In this document: positions 6,860 through 16,840 of the stretch, in pieces
Layout of the letters: each line of letters begins with the position of its first letter
Position numbering within the stretch: position 1 is the first letter of the stretch
Source of the DNA: a virus
Strand: one strand, 5' to 3'
DNA length: 32,995 nt
Virus record (IMG/VR): IMGVR_UViG_2706796521_000001
Location: 1-32,995 of that record
The notes under the pieces: model-generated
What the model saw: the letters and a program-made list of their open reading frames with translations, nothing else
Database searches by the model: none
What the model was told of the DNA's origin: nothing
Position numbers and translations under genes: made by a program

Positions 6860-7219
6860 TTATGACATTTTTATATCTTTTTTTGTCTTTATCATATATT
6901 TATATACATTTTTTATATCACTTATATTTTTTGGAATTAATTCGATTCTTATATCAGTATGAGGAGGCATATGTTTGTGAACTCTAGAATAATCCAGTTT
7001 TTTATTCGTGAAAACTAAAATATGATAATGAAGACCATTTGAATTTTTTGTGGTTTCCTTTATAGAAAATACATGTGAATTTTTGTCATGATTATAAATA
7101 TAACTACGAAATTTTTTAAAAATTTTTTCAGTATCTCCATATTTATAATTAGTTGCAATAGTAATGAAATAAGTATAAGTATAAGAAAAATGAAAATTTA
7201 AAACTTTTTTCAAATCCAC
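6860..7219 (-). CDS. rep: HUH-superfamily replication initiator Rep (119 aa, GTG start)
   Basis: HUH motif GLHYHILVF and catalytic-Tyr motif YKYM. GTG at 7219 gives 119 aa as in SIRV Rep; the track's longer N-terminus is antisense to another ORF. Confidence 0.9.
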   Translation of the reverse strand: MDLKKVLNFHFSYTYTYFITIATNYKYGDTEKIFKKFRSYIYNHDKNSHVFSIKETTKNSNGLHYHILVFTNKKLDYSRVHKHMPPHTDIRIELIPKNISDIKNVYKYMIKTKKDIKMS

Positions 7220-7320
7220 AATATTACGTGCGGAAATGACGTTTAAAAACTTATGTCGACAGAAAGGCGAAAGGTTTAAAAATGTATAATCACAAATTTT
7301 TATAAGCGAGGTGGCTAGAG

Positions 7321-7587
7321 ATCCAGCGTAGAAAGTATATATGCCTAAGAGTTCCAAGTGAAGTAAAACAAATTTTTTACGAAAAAAGAGAAGAGATAAA
7401 AAAACAATTAGATGATATTTTAGAAGGAAAAAGAACACTAGAAATTAAAGAAACTGCAGATTTATATGATGAAAAAGTATTCTTTACAGTAGATATGTTA
7501 TATTATGCGAAATTGCAAGAATTATCAAAAAAATATAAAAAACCATTATCGAAAATAATCAGATCTGTATTCTTTAATCTAAGTTAA
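7321..7587 (+). CDS. Unannotated 88-codon ORF with two RHH-like modules and no canonical start
   Basis: Open frame 7306..7587. TATA at 7275, SD gaggtg 7308..7313, ATC at 7321, T-rich terminator 7590..7615. Protein IQRRKYICLRVPSEVKQIFYEK...KVFFTVDMLYYAKLQELSKKYKKPLSKIIRSVFFNLS. Confidence 0.6.
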   Translation: MQRRKYICLRVPSEVKQIFYEKREEIKKQLDDILEGKRTLEIKETADLYDEKVFFTVDMLYYAKLQELSKKYKKPLSKIIRSVFFNLS

Positions 7588-7714
7588 ATCTTTTTTTTCT
7601 TTTTCTTTTTTATTTCTCATATTATATATTGGAAATTCTATATTTCTCTTCATATTATGAAATTAAAAAGATATAAAAATGTCATAATTAAAAGATATTT
7701 TTAGAGGGAGAAAC

Positions 7715-8110
7715 ATGGCGTCCCTTAAACAAATACTGGATGAATTAGGAAAACAAGCTAAAGAACAAAACAAGATAGCTAGTAGAATTTTAAAGATAAA
7801 GGGAATAAAAAGAATTGTTGTACAATTAAATGCGGTTCCACAGAATGGTTCAATAAGATATTCAATGACAATCCATAGTCAAAACAATTTCAGGAAACAA
7901 ATTGGAATAACGCCACAAGACGCAGAAGATTTAAAATTGATTGCAGAGTTTCTAGAGAAATATGCAGACTTTCTTAATGAATATGTAAAGTTTACTCCAA
8001 GGAATAATAGCACAGTTCAAGAAGAAGAACTAGACATGGAGCAACAAGAAGAAAAAGAAGAAAAACCTAGTACGAAAAGCAGAAAGAAGAACGTAGAGGA
8101 GGAGTTTTAA
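7715..8110 (+). CDS. Single-stranded DNA-binding protein (SIRV2 gp17-like), 131 aa
   Basis: Recognised sequence with acidic disordered C-terminal tail; first gene of the conserved SSB-ATPase-Cas4 operon. Confidence 0.85.
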   Translation: MASLKQILDELGKQAKEQNKIASRILKIKGIKRIVVQLNAVPQNGSIRYSMTIHSQNNFRKQIGITPQDAEDLKLIAEFLEKYADFLNEYVKFTPRNNSTVQEEELDMEQQEEKEEKPSTKSRKKNVEEEF

Positions 8111-8135
8111 AACGTCATAAAGTCATTTTTTTTTC

Positions 8136-9458
8136 ATGAATGAAACTACACAACAGAATCTTCAATTATTTGAAAAGTTAAAAAGTCATTCTTTTTTTTA
8201 TAATCCAAGAGATAATGAAAGAATTTTAAGTCTAATTCTTGGCGAAAAACAAGTTGAAGAAAATAAGAAAATTGAGATTTTGAAAGCTTACAAGAGAGGA
8301 ATTGATTCTCAATATTTTAGTGCTAATTTGCCATATTATAACGAAATAAAATTTATAAGTAAAATTACTGGATTTAAAGTTAAAGATGATCTAGTAATTG
8401 CAAAATTTCAAAATGGTTTTACTGGAGATTTTGATCCACATGAAATTGCTGATAATCCAGATGATTTTTATAATCTTATTTCTTCATATATGTTTGTAAA
8501 GATCAAAAAAGGATCAGAAAACTGGTTTATTGATGAAATATTTTCTATAGAACCGCCTAATAATTTTGAAATTGCAAAAGAAATTCTAGAAGAAGCTGAT
8601 AAACAACATTTAACTTATGCTATTCTATTGCAAGCTTTTGGATATGATTCACAAAAGATGGATTCAGATGATATTTTCTTAACTTTACCACGATTATTCC
8701 CACTTTTCAAATCTCCAATTACTAAAAGACAGATAAACACAATAGAAATTTCAAATAGAGGTACTGGAAAAACTACAACATTTATGATTTTACAAGAAGT
8801 TTTCAATTTTCGTTATTATACAGAACCTCCAACTTATGCAAATTTGATCTATGATGCTAGAAATAATATGTACGGTTCAGTATTTTTATCAAACGGATTA
8901 ATTTTTGACGAAATACAAACTTGGAAAGATGGATATGCAGTTAAAGAATTAAATTCTATAAATTCTACATTATCTACTGGAATTGAAAATTGCATTTGGA
9001 CAAGAGGAGCAGGTACAGAAAGTAAATCTGCTACAATTCAAAAATGTATTCCAATTATTTATGCTGGAAATCCTTTCTCTTTAACTTTAGATAAATATCA
9101 AACTCCAGATATAGAATCATATTTACAACAATATGAAATTTTTACGCCGGCAATTTTAGATAGAATTCATATTATTCAATTAGCAATTAAGAAAACTTAT
9201 GATAAAATAATAAATGCTAGAGTTCTTTATCCTTCAATTCTAAGAGCATTAGTGGAATTAATTCAGGAAAAAATTAACAGAACTACAAATTATGCGGACT
9301 GTGGAAATCTAGAAAGTAGAAGAAAAGAACAATCTATAGATATTCAAATACTTTTACAAGCTTTAGATATAGATTTGCAAATTGGAAAAGTTTCAAATGA
9401 AGAAGTATGTAATAAAATTGTAAATCTAATGAGATTTAGCAATTTAGGAGGATGGTGA
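8136..9458 (+). CDS. P-loop ATPase (SIRV2 gp18-like; helicase/annealing), 440 aa
   Basis: Walker [10 protein letters not shown] and Walker B LIFDE; operon context. Confidence 0.88.
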   Translation: MNETTQQNLQLFEKLKSHSFFYNPRDNERILSLILGEKQVEENKKIEILKAYKRGIDSQYFSANLPYYNEIKFISKITGFKVKDDLVIAKFQNGFTGDFDPHEIADNPDDFYNLISSYMFVKIKKGSENWFIDEIFSIEPPNNFEIAKEILEEADKQHLTYAILLQAFGYDSQKMDSDDIFLTLPRLFPLFKSPITKRQINTIEISNRGTGKTTTFMILQEVFNFRYYTEPPTYANLIYDARNNMYGSVFLSNGLIFDEIQTWKDGYAVKELNSINSTLSTGIENCIWTRGAGTESKSATIQKCIPIIYAGNPFSLTLDKYQTPDIESYLQQYEIFTPAILDRIHIIQLAIKKTYDKIINARVLYPSILRALVELIQEKINRTTNYADCGNLESRRKEQSIDIQILLQALDIDLQIGKVSNEEVCNKIVNLMRFSNLGGW

Positions 9459-10075
9459 AAATGAATTATGAAGATCATATAAAAGAAAGTTTTAAAGTTA
9501 AATATCCTAGTGATACAATTTTTCCAAGTGAAGTTGGTATTTGTTATAGAAAAAGCTATCTTGCTAGAAATATTGAATTTGAGAGAGGAATAAATGAAAT
9601 TTATCTTGATCTAGGAGAACAATATCATGAGAGAATTGAACAATATTTTAAAGAAAAATTGAATTGTCAAACTGAAGTTGAAATTAAAGATGAAGTTGAG
9701 GGAATGAAAATTAGCGGTAGAATTGATATAATTTGTAATAATGACTTATTGGAAATTAAAACAATTAGTTATAATTATTTCCAAGTAAAAGAATATCATT
9801 TATACCAAGTCGCATTATATTATCATATTTTGAAAAAGCAAAATTATCAAATCAATAATGTATATATTATATATTTAAATAGAAACACTAGAGAAGTTAA
9901 GCAATTTAAAATTGATGAAAAAGTTTTAGAAAATTATTATCAAAAAGTTATTGAATGGATAAAGAAATTTAAAGAATATCTAAAAGAAACAGATTATAAA
10001 AAAGTTCCAGGAGTTAATAATTATATCTGTAAATCTTGTGAGTTTAAGCAAAAATGCATTATATCACTTTTTTAA
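9452..10075 (+). CDS. cas4: Cas4-like RecB-family exonuclease (SIRV2 gp19-like), about 205 aa
   Basis: Fe-S Cys GICYRK and [10 protein letters not shown]; nuclease motifs SGRIDI, LEIKT and QVALY. Confidence 0.9.
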   Translation: MVKMNYEDHIKESFKVKYPSDTIFPSEVGICYRKSYLARNIEFERGINEIYLDLGEQYHERIEQYFKEKLNCQTEVEIKDEVEGMKISGRIDIICNNDLLEIKTISYNYFQVKEYHLYQVALYYHILKKQNYQINNVYIIYLNRNTREVKQFKIDEKVLENYYQKVIEWIKKFKEYLKETDYKKVPGVNNYICKSCEFKQKCIISLF

Positions 10076-10138
10076 TGAAAAAATAGAAGAGTAAAAAGAT
10101 ATAAAAATGTCATAATATAAAATGTAAAAATAGAGAAC

Positions 10139-10384
10139 ATGAGTCAAGTAGAAGAAGTCATAAAAAGTTTAAATAAAAAAGATATAAAAGATATAATAAC
10201 TAAAAATATTAATTTTTTAGTAGAACCACAAATTCTATTTTATGCAAAAAAGAGAAATAGGATAGTAGGATATCTAGAAATCAATAATAAACATTATCGT
10301 TTTGAATTGATATTTAGCAAAGATAATAGCGTAAGTATAACAGTTGGAGAAATAATAGTTTTCGGGAGCAGTGATTTGAAATGA
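10139..10384 (+). CDS. Hypothetical protein, 81 aa
   Basis: ORF from the track with a TATA+GTC promoter at 10099..10111. Confidence 0.8.
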   Translation: MSQVEEVIKSLNKKDIKDIITKNINFLVEPQILFYAKKRNRIVGYLEINNKHYRFELIFSKDNSVSITVGEIIVFGSSDLK

Positions 10385-10560
10385 TGAAGATTGTCACATT
10401 TAAAATTCCAGATGAAATGTTACTATTACTAGAGGCTTATGCTATGAAACATAAGATGAACAGGTCAGAAGTAATAAGGTTAGCAATAGAGAAATTAGTA
10501 GTAGACGAAATGAAAAATGAACCAGTTCCAAAAGCTAAAGTTGAAAAAATAAAGTTATGA
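10381..10560 (+). CDS. RHH (CopG-like) regulator, 59 aa; missed by the ORF track
   Basis: Own translation: MMKIVTFKIPDEMLLLLEAYAMKHKMNRSEVIRLAIEKLVVDEMKNEPVPKAKVEKIKL. Classic RHH pattern; ATGA overlap with the upstream stop. Confidence 0.88.
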   Translation: MMKIVTFKIPDEMLLLLEAYAMKHKMNRSEVIRLAIEKLVVDEMKNEPVPKAKVEKIKL

Positions 10561-10609
10561 AAAGTGCATAAAATATCCATAAAAAATAAGATATTATTTT
10601 TTTGATTTT

Positions 10610-11086
10610 TTAATCATTTTTTGCTAAAGTTACTCCTTTTTGACCTTGATATTTTCCGTTATATGGCTTTTCGACTGGCGTTATAGTTCTTGCAAAAATT
10701 AAGTGTAAAAATCTTTCTCCTGTTTTTAGTTTTACTGGAATTGAAGAACCAACAAGTTCTATAGTTAATTGTCCTTCAAATCCCGCATCTACTATAGTCG
10801 GCGGAATTAATAATCCTTTTCTTGCAAATGTAGATCTTAAATTGCAAAATGCTATAATATCATTTGGTAATTTTATATATTCTTTAGTTGTTAAGAGAAC
10901 ATGTTCATATGGATAAATTATAAATTCATCTCTTATTTCTTTCGTCATATTTTCTTTTATTCTAACTATTTCATTTCCAATTTTTAAGTCTACTCCATTT
11001 TCTCTAATTGTATCCTCACTTAAAGGTTCAATTACAAGTCTATTTAAATTTATATATCTTTTTATATCTCTATCTGATAAAATCAT
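10610..11086 (-). CDS. dut: dUTPase (dCTP deaminase/dUTPase family), 158 aa
   Basis: MILSDRDI start, [28 protein letters not shown] and YNGKYQGQ motifs. Confidence 0.93.
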   Translation of the reverse strand: MILSDRDIKRYINLNRLVIEPLSEDTIRENGVDLKIGNEIVRIKENMTKEIRDEFIIYPYEHVLLTTKEYIKLPNDIIAFCNLRSTFARKGLLIPPTIVDAGFEGQLTIELVGSSIPVKLKTGERFLHLIFARTITPVEKPYNGKYQGQKGVTLAKND

Positions 11087-11092
11087 CTTTTC

Positions 11093-11404
11093 TCAGTTCT
11101 TATTTTCAGTTTCTGACATATTTATTTCTCCACAAATTACTGAGATTTTAAACATATTTCTATCATATCTCCAATTTACTTTTATATAATTTGGATATTT
11201 GAAAGTATGAACTAAATATTTTAAGATAGACATTCCAATTTTTTCGTATTCTTTCTTCTTCATATTTATTTTTATTTGTATTAATATTATTTCTTCATCT
11301 TCAAAAACATTAAAGAAATAAATATTGTCAGAGTATCTACTTTCTAACCAATTTCGAAATTGAATTATATATTTTCTACACTCATTCTTTATATCAATTT
11401 CCAT
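11093..11404 (-). CDS. Hypothetical protein, 103 aa
   Basis: ORF from the track with a TATA+GTC promoter near 11422..11440; co-oriented with dut. Confidence 0.8.
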   Translation of the reverse strand: MEIDIKNECRKYIIQFRNWLESRYSDNIYFFNVFEDEEIILIQIKINMKKKEYEKIGMSILKYLVHTFKYPNYIKVNWRYDRNMFKISVICGEINMSETENKN

Positions 11405-11524
11405 ATTTTAGTTAGAACAATATGACAATTTAATAGTTTTTCGTATTCTATGATATAGTCTATGATATAATATATAATCTCCGAAATTATTTTCATATTA
11501 TTTTTTGCAAATGTTAAACGTGAT

Positions 11525-11542
11525 ATACATAATATTATGTAT
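11525..11542. promoter_or_regulatory. Perfect 18-bp palindrome ATACATAATATTATGTAT upstream of the major capsid gene
   Basis: Read directly; lies just upstream of the TATA-like tttattaa near 11555. Confidence 0.7.
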
Positions 11543-11592
11543 AAGACGTGAAAATTTATTAATTTCAAATCATTAATTGTAATTGACCAAAT

Positions 11593-11997
11593 ATGGCAAA
11601 AGGCAGAACGCCAAGAAGTTATTCACAAAGGTACGCGAAATGGCAAGCTAAATTTAACGCATTTTCTAATCCAACAGTCGCTAGTACTATATTGTCAAAT
11701 GTAGCTCCAGTTGCCCAACAAAATTTCCAGACTAATGTACCTAAGTTTACCGCGATAAATGAAAATGTTAGTGCAGTATTATCACAATATGGAATAACTG
11801 GTCCTAACAGGGCAGTTTATCAAGGTTTTGCATTAAAGATAGCTAGAGCACTTAATAGGATTGGTGGTGGCCCGGCATTAGTAAATATGATTAGCGGTTT
11901 GAAAGCATATTATATTTCAGCCTTTAACGCAAATCCACAAGTTCTTGACGCTGTAGTTAATATTATAACTGGAAGCCCAACTGGATATGTAAGTTAA
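11593..11997 (+). CDS. Major capsid protein (134 aa, A-form DNA-wrapping)
   Basis: MAKGRTPRSYSQRYAKWQAKFNAFSNPTVASTILSNV..., recognised as the SIRV capsid protein. Confidence 0.97.
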   Translation: MAKGRTPRSYSQRYAKWQAKFNAFSNPTVASTILSNVAPVAQQNFQTNVPKFTAINENVSAVLSQYGITGPNRAVYQGFALKIARALNRIGGGPALVNMISGLKAYYISAFNANPQVLDAVVNIITGSPTGYVS

Positions 11998-12027
11998 AAT
12001 ATTTAAGCTATTTTTTTCTTTTTTTCT

Positions 12028-12195
12028 TTATTCTTCTTCAGCCTTTATTTCTATATATTCTCCAGTTCTTAAACTTATCCTTCTACAATTAGATAATTTT
12101 AAATTTTTATTATGCTTTCTTAAATGAGTAACCATACTTTTTCTTTTTATATAAATTTTTCCACAAATTGGGCATTCATATCCTAAAAGTGCCAT
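12028..12195 (-). CDS. C2H2 zinc-finger protein, 55 aa
   Basis: YECPICGKIYIKRKSMVTHLRKH; start placed at ATG 12195. Confidence 0.85.
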   Translation of the reverse strand: MALLGYECPICGKIYIKRKSMVTHLRKHNKNLKLSNCRRISLRTGEYIEIKAEEE

Positions 12196-12327
12196 AGCGA
12201 TAAATTTGGATTTGACATTTTTAAATGCTATTAAATCCAATCAACCATATACATTATATTTATTATATGAATTATAGGTTAAGTTATCAGTCAGCTTTAT
12301 TTTTGTCATAATTTTTAGATTTCAATT

Positions 12328-13335
12328 ATGAAAACTGCAATTTTAACTATGAATTATTCTTCTATATCAAATGTTTCAGAAGATATAGCTGAAGTATTAA
12401 GAGAAAATGGAGAAATTGCGACAATAACAAAAAATCCATATTATATTCCAAAAGCTGAAAAATTGATCATTTTTATACCATTCCATCCGCCATCTCTAAA
12501 TCCATATCTTTATGCTTTTTATCAATTTCAAGGAAAGAAATTATTTTATACAACTTGTGATGGAATTCCAAATATTGAAATTGTTAACAAGTATTTATTA
12601 CAAGATGTTAAATTTATACCAAATTCAAAATTTTCCGCCATAAATCTTCAGGAAGTAGGATTACAGGTCGATTTGCCAGTTTTTCATGGAATTAATTTTA
12701 AAATTGTAGAAAATGCCGAAAAATTAGTTTCACAAATGAGACAAAAATTAGATAAAGATTTTCCAAATAGTATAAAATTTGGAATTGTTAGTGGATTGAC
12801 AAAAAGGAAAAATATGGATTTAATGTTACAAGTTTTTAATGAACTAAATACTAAATATCCAGATATAGCTAAGAAAATCCACTTTTTCGTAATTTCTCAT
12901 AAACAGTTTACTCAATATGAAGTTCCACAAAATGTTCATTTTGTTGCGGAATTTGGATATAATTCCAGGGAATATATATTTGCATTCTATGGAGCTATGG
13001 ATTATGTTATTGTTCCTAGTGGGACTGAAGGATTTGGAATGCCAGTTCTAGAAAGTATGAGTATGGGAACTCCAGTTATCCATCAATTAATGCCTCCTTT
13101 TGATGAATTTACAAGTTGGCAATGGAATTTACTAATTAAATCTTCTAGAGTTGAGGAATATTATGATAAGGAACATGGACAAAAATGGAAAATTCATAAA
13201 TTTGAAATTGAAGATATGACAAATGCAATTATATTAGCTACAGAATTACAAGATAGAGAAGAAAGAAGTGTTAAATTAAAAGAATTAGCAAAAAGATATG
13301 ATATTAGAAATTTATATACTAGATTCTTAGAATAG
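12328..13335 (+). CDS. GT-B (GT4) glycosyltransferase, 335 aa
   Basis: PSGTEGFGMPVLESMSMGTPVI (EX7E motif) and RKNMDL. Confidence 0.92.
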   Translation: MKTAILTMNYSSISNVSEDIAEVLRENGEIATITKNPYYIPKAEKLIIFIPFHPPSLNPYLYAFYQFQGKKLFYTTCDGIPNIEIVNKYLLQDVKFIPNSKFSAINLQEVGLQVDLPVFHGINFKIVENAEKLVSQMRQKLDKDFPNSIKFGIVSGLTKRKNMDLMLQVFNELNTKYPDIAKKIHFFVISHKQFTQYEVPQNVHFVAEFGYNSREYIFAFYGAMDYVIVPSGTEGFGMPVLESMSMGTPVIHQLMPPFDEFTSWQWNLLIKSSRVEEYYDKEHGQKWKIHKFEIEDMTNAIILATELQDREERSVKLKELAKRYDIRNLYTRFLE

Positions 13336-13377
13336 TATAAATTTGTCATAATACATAATATATAATAGTGATAGGAC

Positions 13378-13518
13378 GTGAAGCTAAAAATAATATGCGA
13401 AAAACTAACGACATTTCATGTAAATTCTGAAGATCAAGAATTAATAGATAGAATAATAAAAATGTGTAATGATTATAATTTAAATTATAAAATTGAATTT
13501 GAATATAATAAGAAGTGA
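13378..13518 (+). CDS. Hypothetical 46-aa protein; missed by the ORF track
   Basis: GTG start after gga SD; MKLKIICEKLTTFHVNSEDQELIDRIIKMCNDYNLNYKIEFEYNKK; GTGA overlap with the next start suggests translational coupling. Confidence 0.6.
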   Translation: MKLKIICEKLTTFHVNSEDQELIDRIIKMCNDYNLNYKIEFEYNKK

Positions 13519-13718
13519 TAAAAATGATATTTTATCAATATGATGAAAAAGATAAAACATTACATGTTAAGATTTATCTGCTTATAGAACAAGTTCCAAA
13601 TAAACCAACAGAAGAACAATTAAGAAAAGTATTGCCAAAAATTCTAAGAGATTATGCAAATATGATAGAAAATGGAAAAATAAAAATTATAGATAGTAAT
13701 GAATGGGGCACTTGGTAA
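13515..13718 (+). CDS. Hypothetical protein, 64-67 aa
   Basis: ORF from the track followed by a T-rich stretch. Confidence 0.75.
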   Translation: MIKMIFYQYDEKDKTLHVKIYLLIEQVPNKPTEEQLRKVLPKILRDYANMIENGKIKIIDSNEWGTW

Positions 13719-13726
13719 AAAAAATT

Positions 13727-13954
13727 TTATTTTTCATCTAACTTTCTTTTTATTTCTTCAACTTGTCTTGATAATTCATCTTGTTTTATTTTTAATTCTT
13801 CAATTTCTGTCTTTAGATTTGATAATTCTGAATTTACTATCTCTTTTACTGCATCTTTTAATGCTTGTTTAATTTTTAAATATAGTTGAACAATTGCAAA
13901 TAATGTAGTTACAGTTGTAGAAAATAATGCAAATGTTAGAGTAAGATCACTCAT
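13727..13954 (-). CDS. Small membrane-anchored coiled-coil protein, 75 aa
   Basis: MSDLTLTFALFSTTVTTLFAIVQLYL transmembrane segment then heptad repeats; start at ATG 13954 overlapping the upstream stop. Confidence 0.8.
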   Translation of the reverse strand: MSDLTLTFALFSTTVTTLFAIVQLYLKIKQALKDAVKEIVNSELSNLKTEIEELKIKQDELSRQVEEIKRKLDEK

Positions 13955-14279
13955 CTTCACTTTCCTCCTCAGATAATTCAAAATTTGCAGTACTATTAAT
14001 TTGTTTCGCGTAAGGTTGAGGATAAACCACGCGAAAATCATCTATAAAAATTTGCTTAGTTTGTTGATCTTGAATTATAGAAAATTGAAAATAAAAAGTA
14101 AATCCAGGAATATATAAATCTACAATAAGCGGATAATCAATAGTTTTCATTACAATTATTGAATTTGGTAAAAAACGCGATAAACCATAAATTTGACCTC
14201 TCTGTTCAAGTTCACGAATTTTATCTATCGCAATTCTAACAACTCCAAAAATATTTTGAAAAGGATCTTCAATTTTCAT
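13947..14279 (-). CDS. Conserved rudiviral hypothetical protein, 110 aa
   Basis: ORF from the track; coupled with the downstream gene. Confidence 0.8.
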   Translation of the reverse strand: MKIEDPFQNIFGVVRIAIDKIRELEQRGQIYGLSRFLPNSIIVMKTIDYPLIVDLYIPGFTFYFQFSIIQDQQTKQIFIDDFRVVYPQPYAKQINSTANFELSEEESEDE

Positions 14280-14368
14280 ATGATATCTTTTATCTCAAGC
14301 CGTTAAAAAATATACAAGTAGCATAATACATATATATTATATAATGTATATAGTGTTTAGATTTTGTG

Positions 14369-15757
14369 TTATCTGACTGCAATATTTTGAAAGTTTTTAT
14401 AATGGAAAATTGGCTTATATTGTTTCGTTTTTGCAGATTTTTGAGCTAATTTTATCTGATTCTCAATTTTTGCCTGTCCTTGTAATTGTTCTCCTAATTG
14501 TTGTGCAAATTGCAAATCTTGATCTGAAATGCCATAAAATTTCCACTTAGTTTTCCAATAATTCAAAAATTCTTGATATGATAATGTTCTTTTTCCAGAT
14601 GTATAACTGTAATTTTGTTGGTAAGGATATCTTGCAATTTCTATAGTAGCACTTGCTACCATTTTCGCGTACCAAATATTTGCATATTTCTTATTGACAA
14701 TTTTTTGAACTTGTAAAAATTGCTCATATGTAACTGCATAGTTTTCAATTTCTGAACTATAAGCTATATTTGTACCGCCTGGAGAAGGATCATATAAATG
14801 CATTTTGAATAGATTTCCAAATATCGAAATTACAGTTTTATCTGCGGATAGAATTGCTATTAGGTCATCTTGAGTTACATTTTCTGGATTAAAATCAGGC
14901 ATTAATACGGCAAAATCAAGAGGAGTATAATCTAAAATCATTCCAAAAACATCTGCAAAATATTGTAAAATCATACCATTTTGTAATTGAATTCCATCTT
15001 GAGTTTCTGGAGCTAAAACACATCTATCTAACCAACCGACATCTAAAGCAAAACCACTATTAATTATACTATTTAAGTCTGGAATAAATGCAATTATGAA
15101 TTTGGCAAAATCTGGAAGTTGATTAAAATTGATATTTAAAGCATTTAACAAATCTGAAATACCAGTATCTGCAATATTATTATATATATAGTTATCTACA
15201 TTTGGAATATTTGTACTACCAATTCCTAAAGTTGTAACATCAACACTGACATTTGCAGTAGTTAAACTAGAAAAAGATTGTTCAATTTTCTGACAAGATT
15301 GATTTTGATATTCTGTAGCTAATGCCGGCTGATATACAGATAAATCAAAATAAGTTTCATCAAAAACTGCCGGTTGATACAAAACTGAACATAATTGTAC
15401 ATAATTATCATATAAACTAGTATAATTATTTAATAAACTTATTCCATTTGAAGTACCAAAATTTGCAGATTGACCTAAATTAAGAAATGTTTGAGAATTA
15501 AAATTAGGATTAAAAGTTGAACTTGCTAGATTATTTAATGCAGAAAGTAAAGAAGAAACAATTGAAGCATATGCAATTCCATAATTTGTATTTATTCCTG
15601 GAGGAATTTGAATATTCTCTAATGGAGTCGGCAAAACTGAAGAAACTCCAGCGTCAAACATTACAGAAAATGCGGGAAAAGATTTTCTATTCAATATTTT
15701 ATTATACAAGTGATATTTCATAGCTGAAATATTTCTTTGACCTTTCCTTTTTCCCAT
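14369..15757 (-). CDS. Minor virion structural protein (SIRV2 ORF488-like)
   Basis: Long ORF. Likely start MGKRKGQR at 15757; the track start at 15853 overlaps the divergent gene. Size and position match the rudiviral structural protein. Confidence 0.8.
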   Translation of the reverse strand: MGKRKGQRNISAMKYHLYNKILNRKSFPAFSVMFDAGVSSVLPTPLENIQIPPGINTNYGIAYASIVSSLLSALNNLASSTFNPNFNSQTFLNLGQSANFGTSNGISLLNNYTSLYDNYVQLCSVLYQPAVFDETYFDLSVYQPALATEYQNQSCQKIEQSFSSLTTANVSVDVTTLGIGSTNIPNVDNYIYNNIADTGISDLLNALNINFNQLPDFAKFIIAFIPDLNSIINSGFALDVGWLDRCVLAPETQDGIQLQNGMILQYFADVFGMILDYTPLDFAVLMPDFNPENVTQDDLIAILSADKTVISIFGNLFKMHLYDPSPGGTNIAYSSEIENYAVTYEQFLQVQKIVNKKYANIWYAKMVASATIEIARYPYQQNYSYTSGKRTLSYQEFLNYWKTKWKFYGISDQDLQFAQQLGEQLQGQAKIENQIKLAQKSAKTKQYKPIFHYKNFQNIAVR

Positions 15758-15843
15758 AACTATCAATTTATATACCTCAACTAGAAAAATAAACTTACAA
15801 ATTGCATAATGTATATAAATGTCATACATTATTGAGTTAATAA

Positions 15844-16308
15844 ATGAATCCAAAATATGAAGTTGAAGAAGTAAAAAATAAAGAATTAATAAAATTAGTA
15901 AGAATGTTAATTGACTATTATCATATTCAGGGAATGGTAAAAGGCGGTGGAGCTGGAAGAAATAGTAGATATTTTATATATCTTCAAAAAGAAGAAGACA
16001 AGAAATATATTGTAGCAGTAGCTTGGTTACACGATAATACACCATTCCGTTTTATTGCACAACAATATAATATTCCAAACGACAGATCTTATTTTATTAG
16101 AAGAGTTACAAAAACTGCTCCAGGAGATCATTTAGTGAATTTTCTAAATGATTTATCTGAGAAATTGAAGAATGACGGTTTTGAAGTTCTATGGACTTTA
16201 GGACTACCAGATCATAGTAACGCTTTATACAAGAAAGCTGGATTTAAATTAGTAGGACAAACTAGTAGGACAAAACATGAAGTTTATGTAAAATATCTAA
16301 ATAAGTGA
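15844..16308 (+). CDS. GNAT-family acetyltransferase, 154 aa
   Basis: FIRRV..T strand and SNALYKKAGFKLVG GNAT C-terminal motif. Confidence 0.75.
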   Translation: MNPKYEVEEVKNKELIKLVRMLIDYYHIQGMVKGGGAGRNSRYFIYLQKEEDKKYIVAVAWLHDNTPFRFIAQQYNIPNDRSYFIRRVTKTAPGDHLVNFLNDLSEKLKNDGFEVLWTLGLPDHSNALYKKAGFKLVGQTSRTKHEVYVKYLNK

Positions 16309-16314
16309 TAGAAA

Positions 16315-16680
16315 ATGAACATTAGGCAATCTGGTAAGTATTATGAATATAAAACTTTAGAAATTCTTGAACAAAATGGATTTAAAGCGTTAAGAATTCC
16401 AACTTCTGGAACTGGAAAACAAGCAATTCCAGATCTTATAGCGACAAAAGACAATACAATTTATCCAATTGAAGTAAAGTCAACTTCAAAAGATTTAATA
16501 ACTATTAAGAAATTTCAAATTGAAAAACTTTTCAAATTTTGTGAAATTTTCGATTTCTGTAATTGTCAACCATTAGTAGCTATTCATTACAAAAAATATA
16601 AAACTGTCATAGTTTATACTTTGTCTCAAGATGTCAGAAACAAGGAAAAAATCAAATTTAAATACGGAATTAACAGCTAA
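16315..16680 (+). CDS. hjr: Holliday junction resolvase (Hjc/Hjr family), 121 aa
   Basis: GKYYE..., IPDLIA and IEVKST PD-(D/E)xK motifs of archaeal Hjc. Confidence 0.95.
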   Translation: MNIRQSGKYYEYKTLEILEQNGFKALRIPTSGTGKQAIPDLIATKDNTIYPIEVKSTSKDLITIKKFQIEKLFKFCEIFDFCNCQPLVAIHYKKYKTVIVYTLSQDVRNKEKIKFKYGINS

Positions 16681-16840
16681 ATTGTATTTAGCTCTAGATG
16701 ATCTAACTATGGCTTTAGCAACAGAAGATAAAGAAGAAGTTAGAAAATCTGAAGTATTTCAAAAAGCTTTAGAAGTTGTAAAAGTTGTAAAAGAAATGAG
16801 AAGATTACAAGTTAAACCTGTTGAAGGTGAAGAAAAATGA
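16631..16840 (+). CDS. Small helical hypothetical protein, 69 aa
   Basis: ORF from the track; ATGA-coupled to acrIII-1. Confidence 0.75.
   Translation: MSETRKKSNLNTELTAKLYLALDDLTMALATEDKEEVRKSEVFQKALEVVKVVKEMRRLQVKPVEGEEK

Noticed and set aside
7220-7438. Extended N-terminus of the 192-aa Rep ORF
   Set aside because: Antisense to the RHH-like frame and covers the divergent promoter; GTG at 7219 gives the expected 119-aa Rep.
8615-8806. 63-aa minus-strand ORF
   Set aside because: Antisense within the ATPase gene.
15517-15723. 68-aa plus-strand ORF
   Set aside because: Antisense within the structural protein gene.
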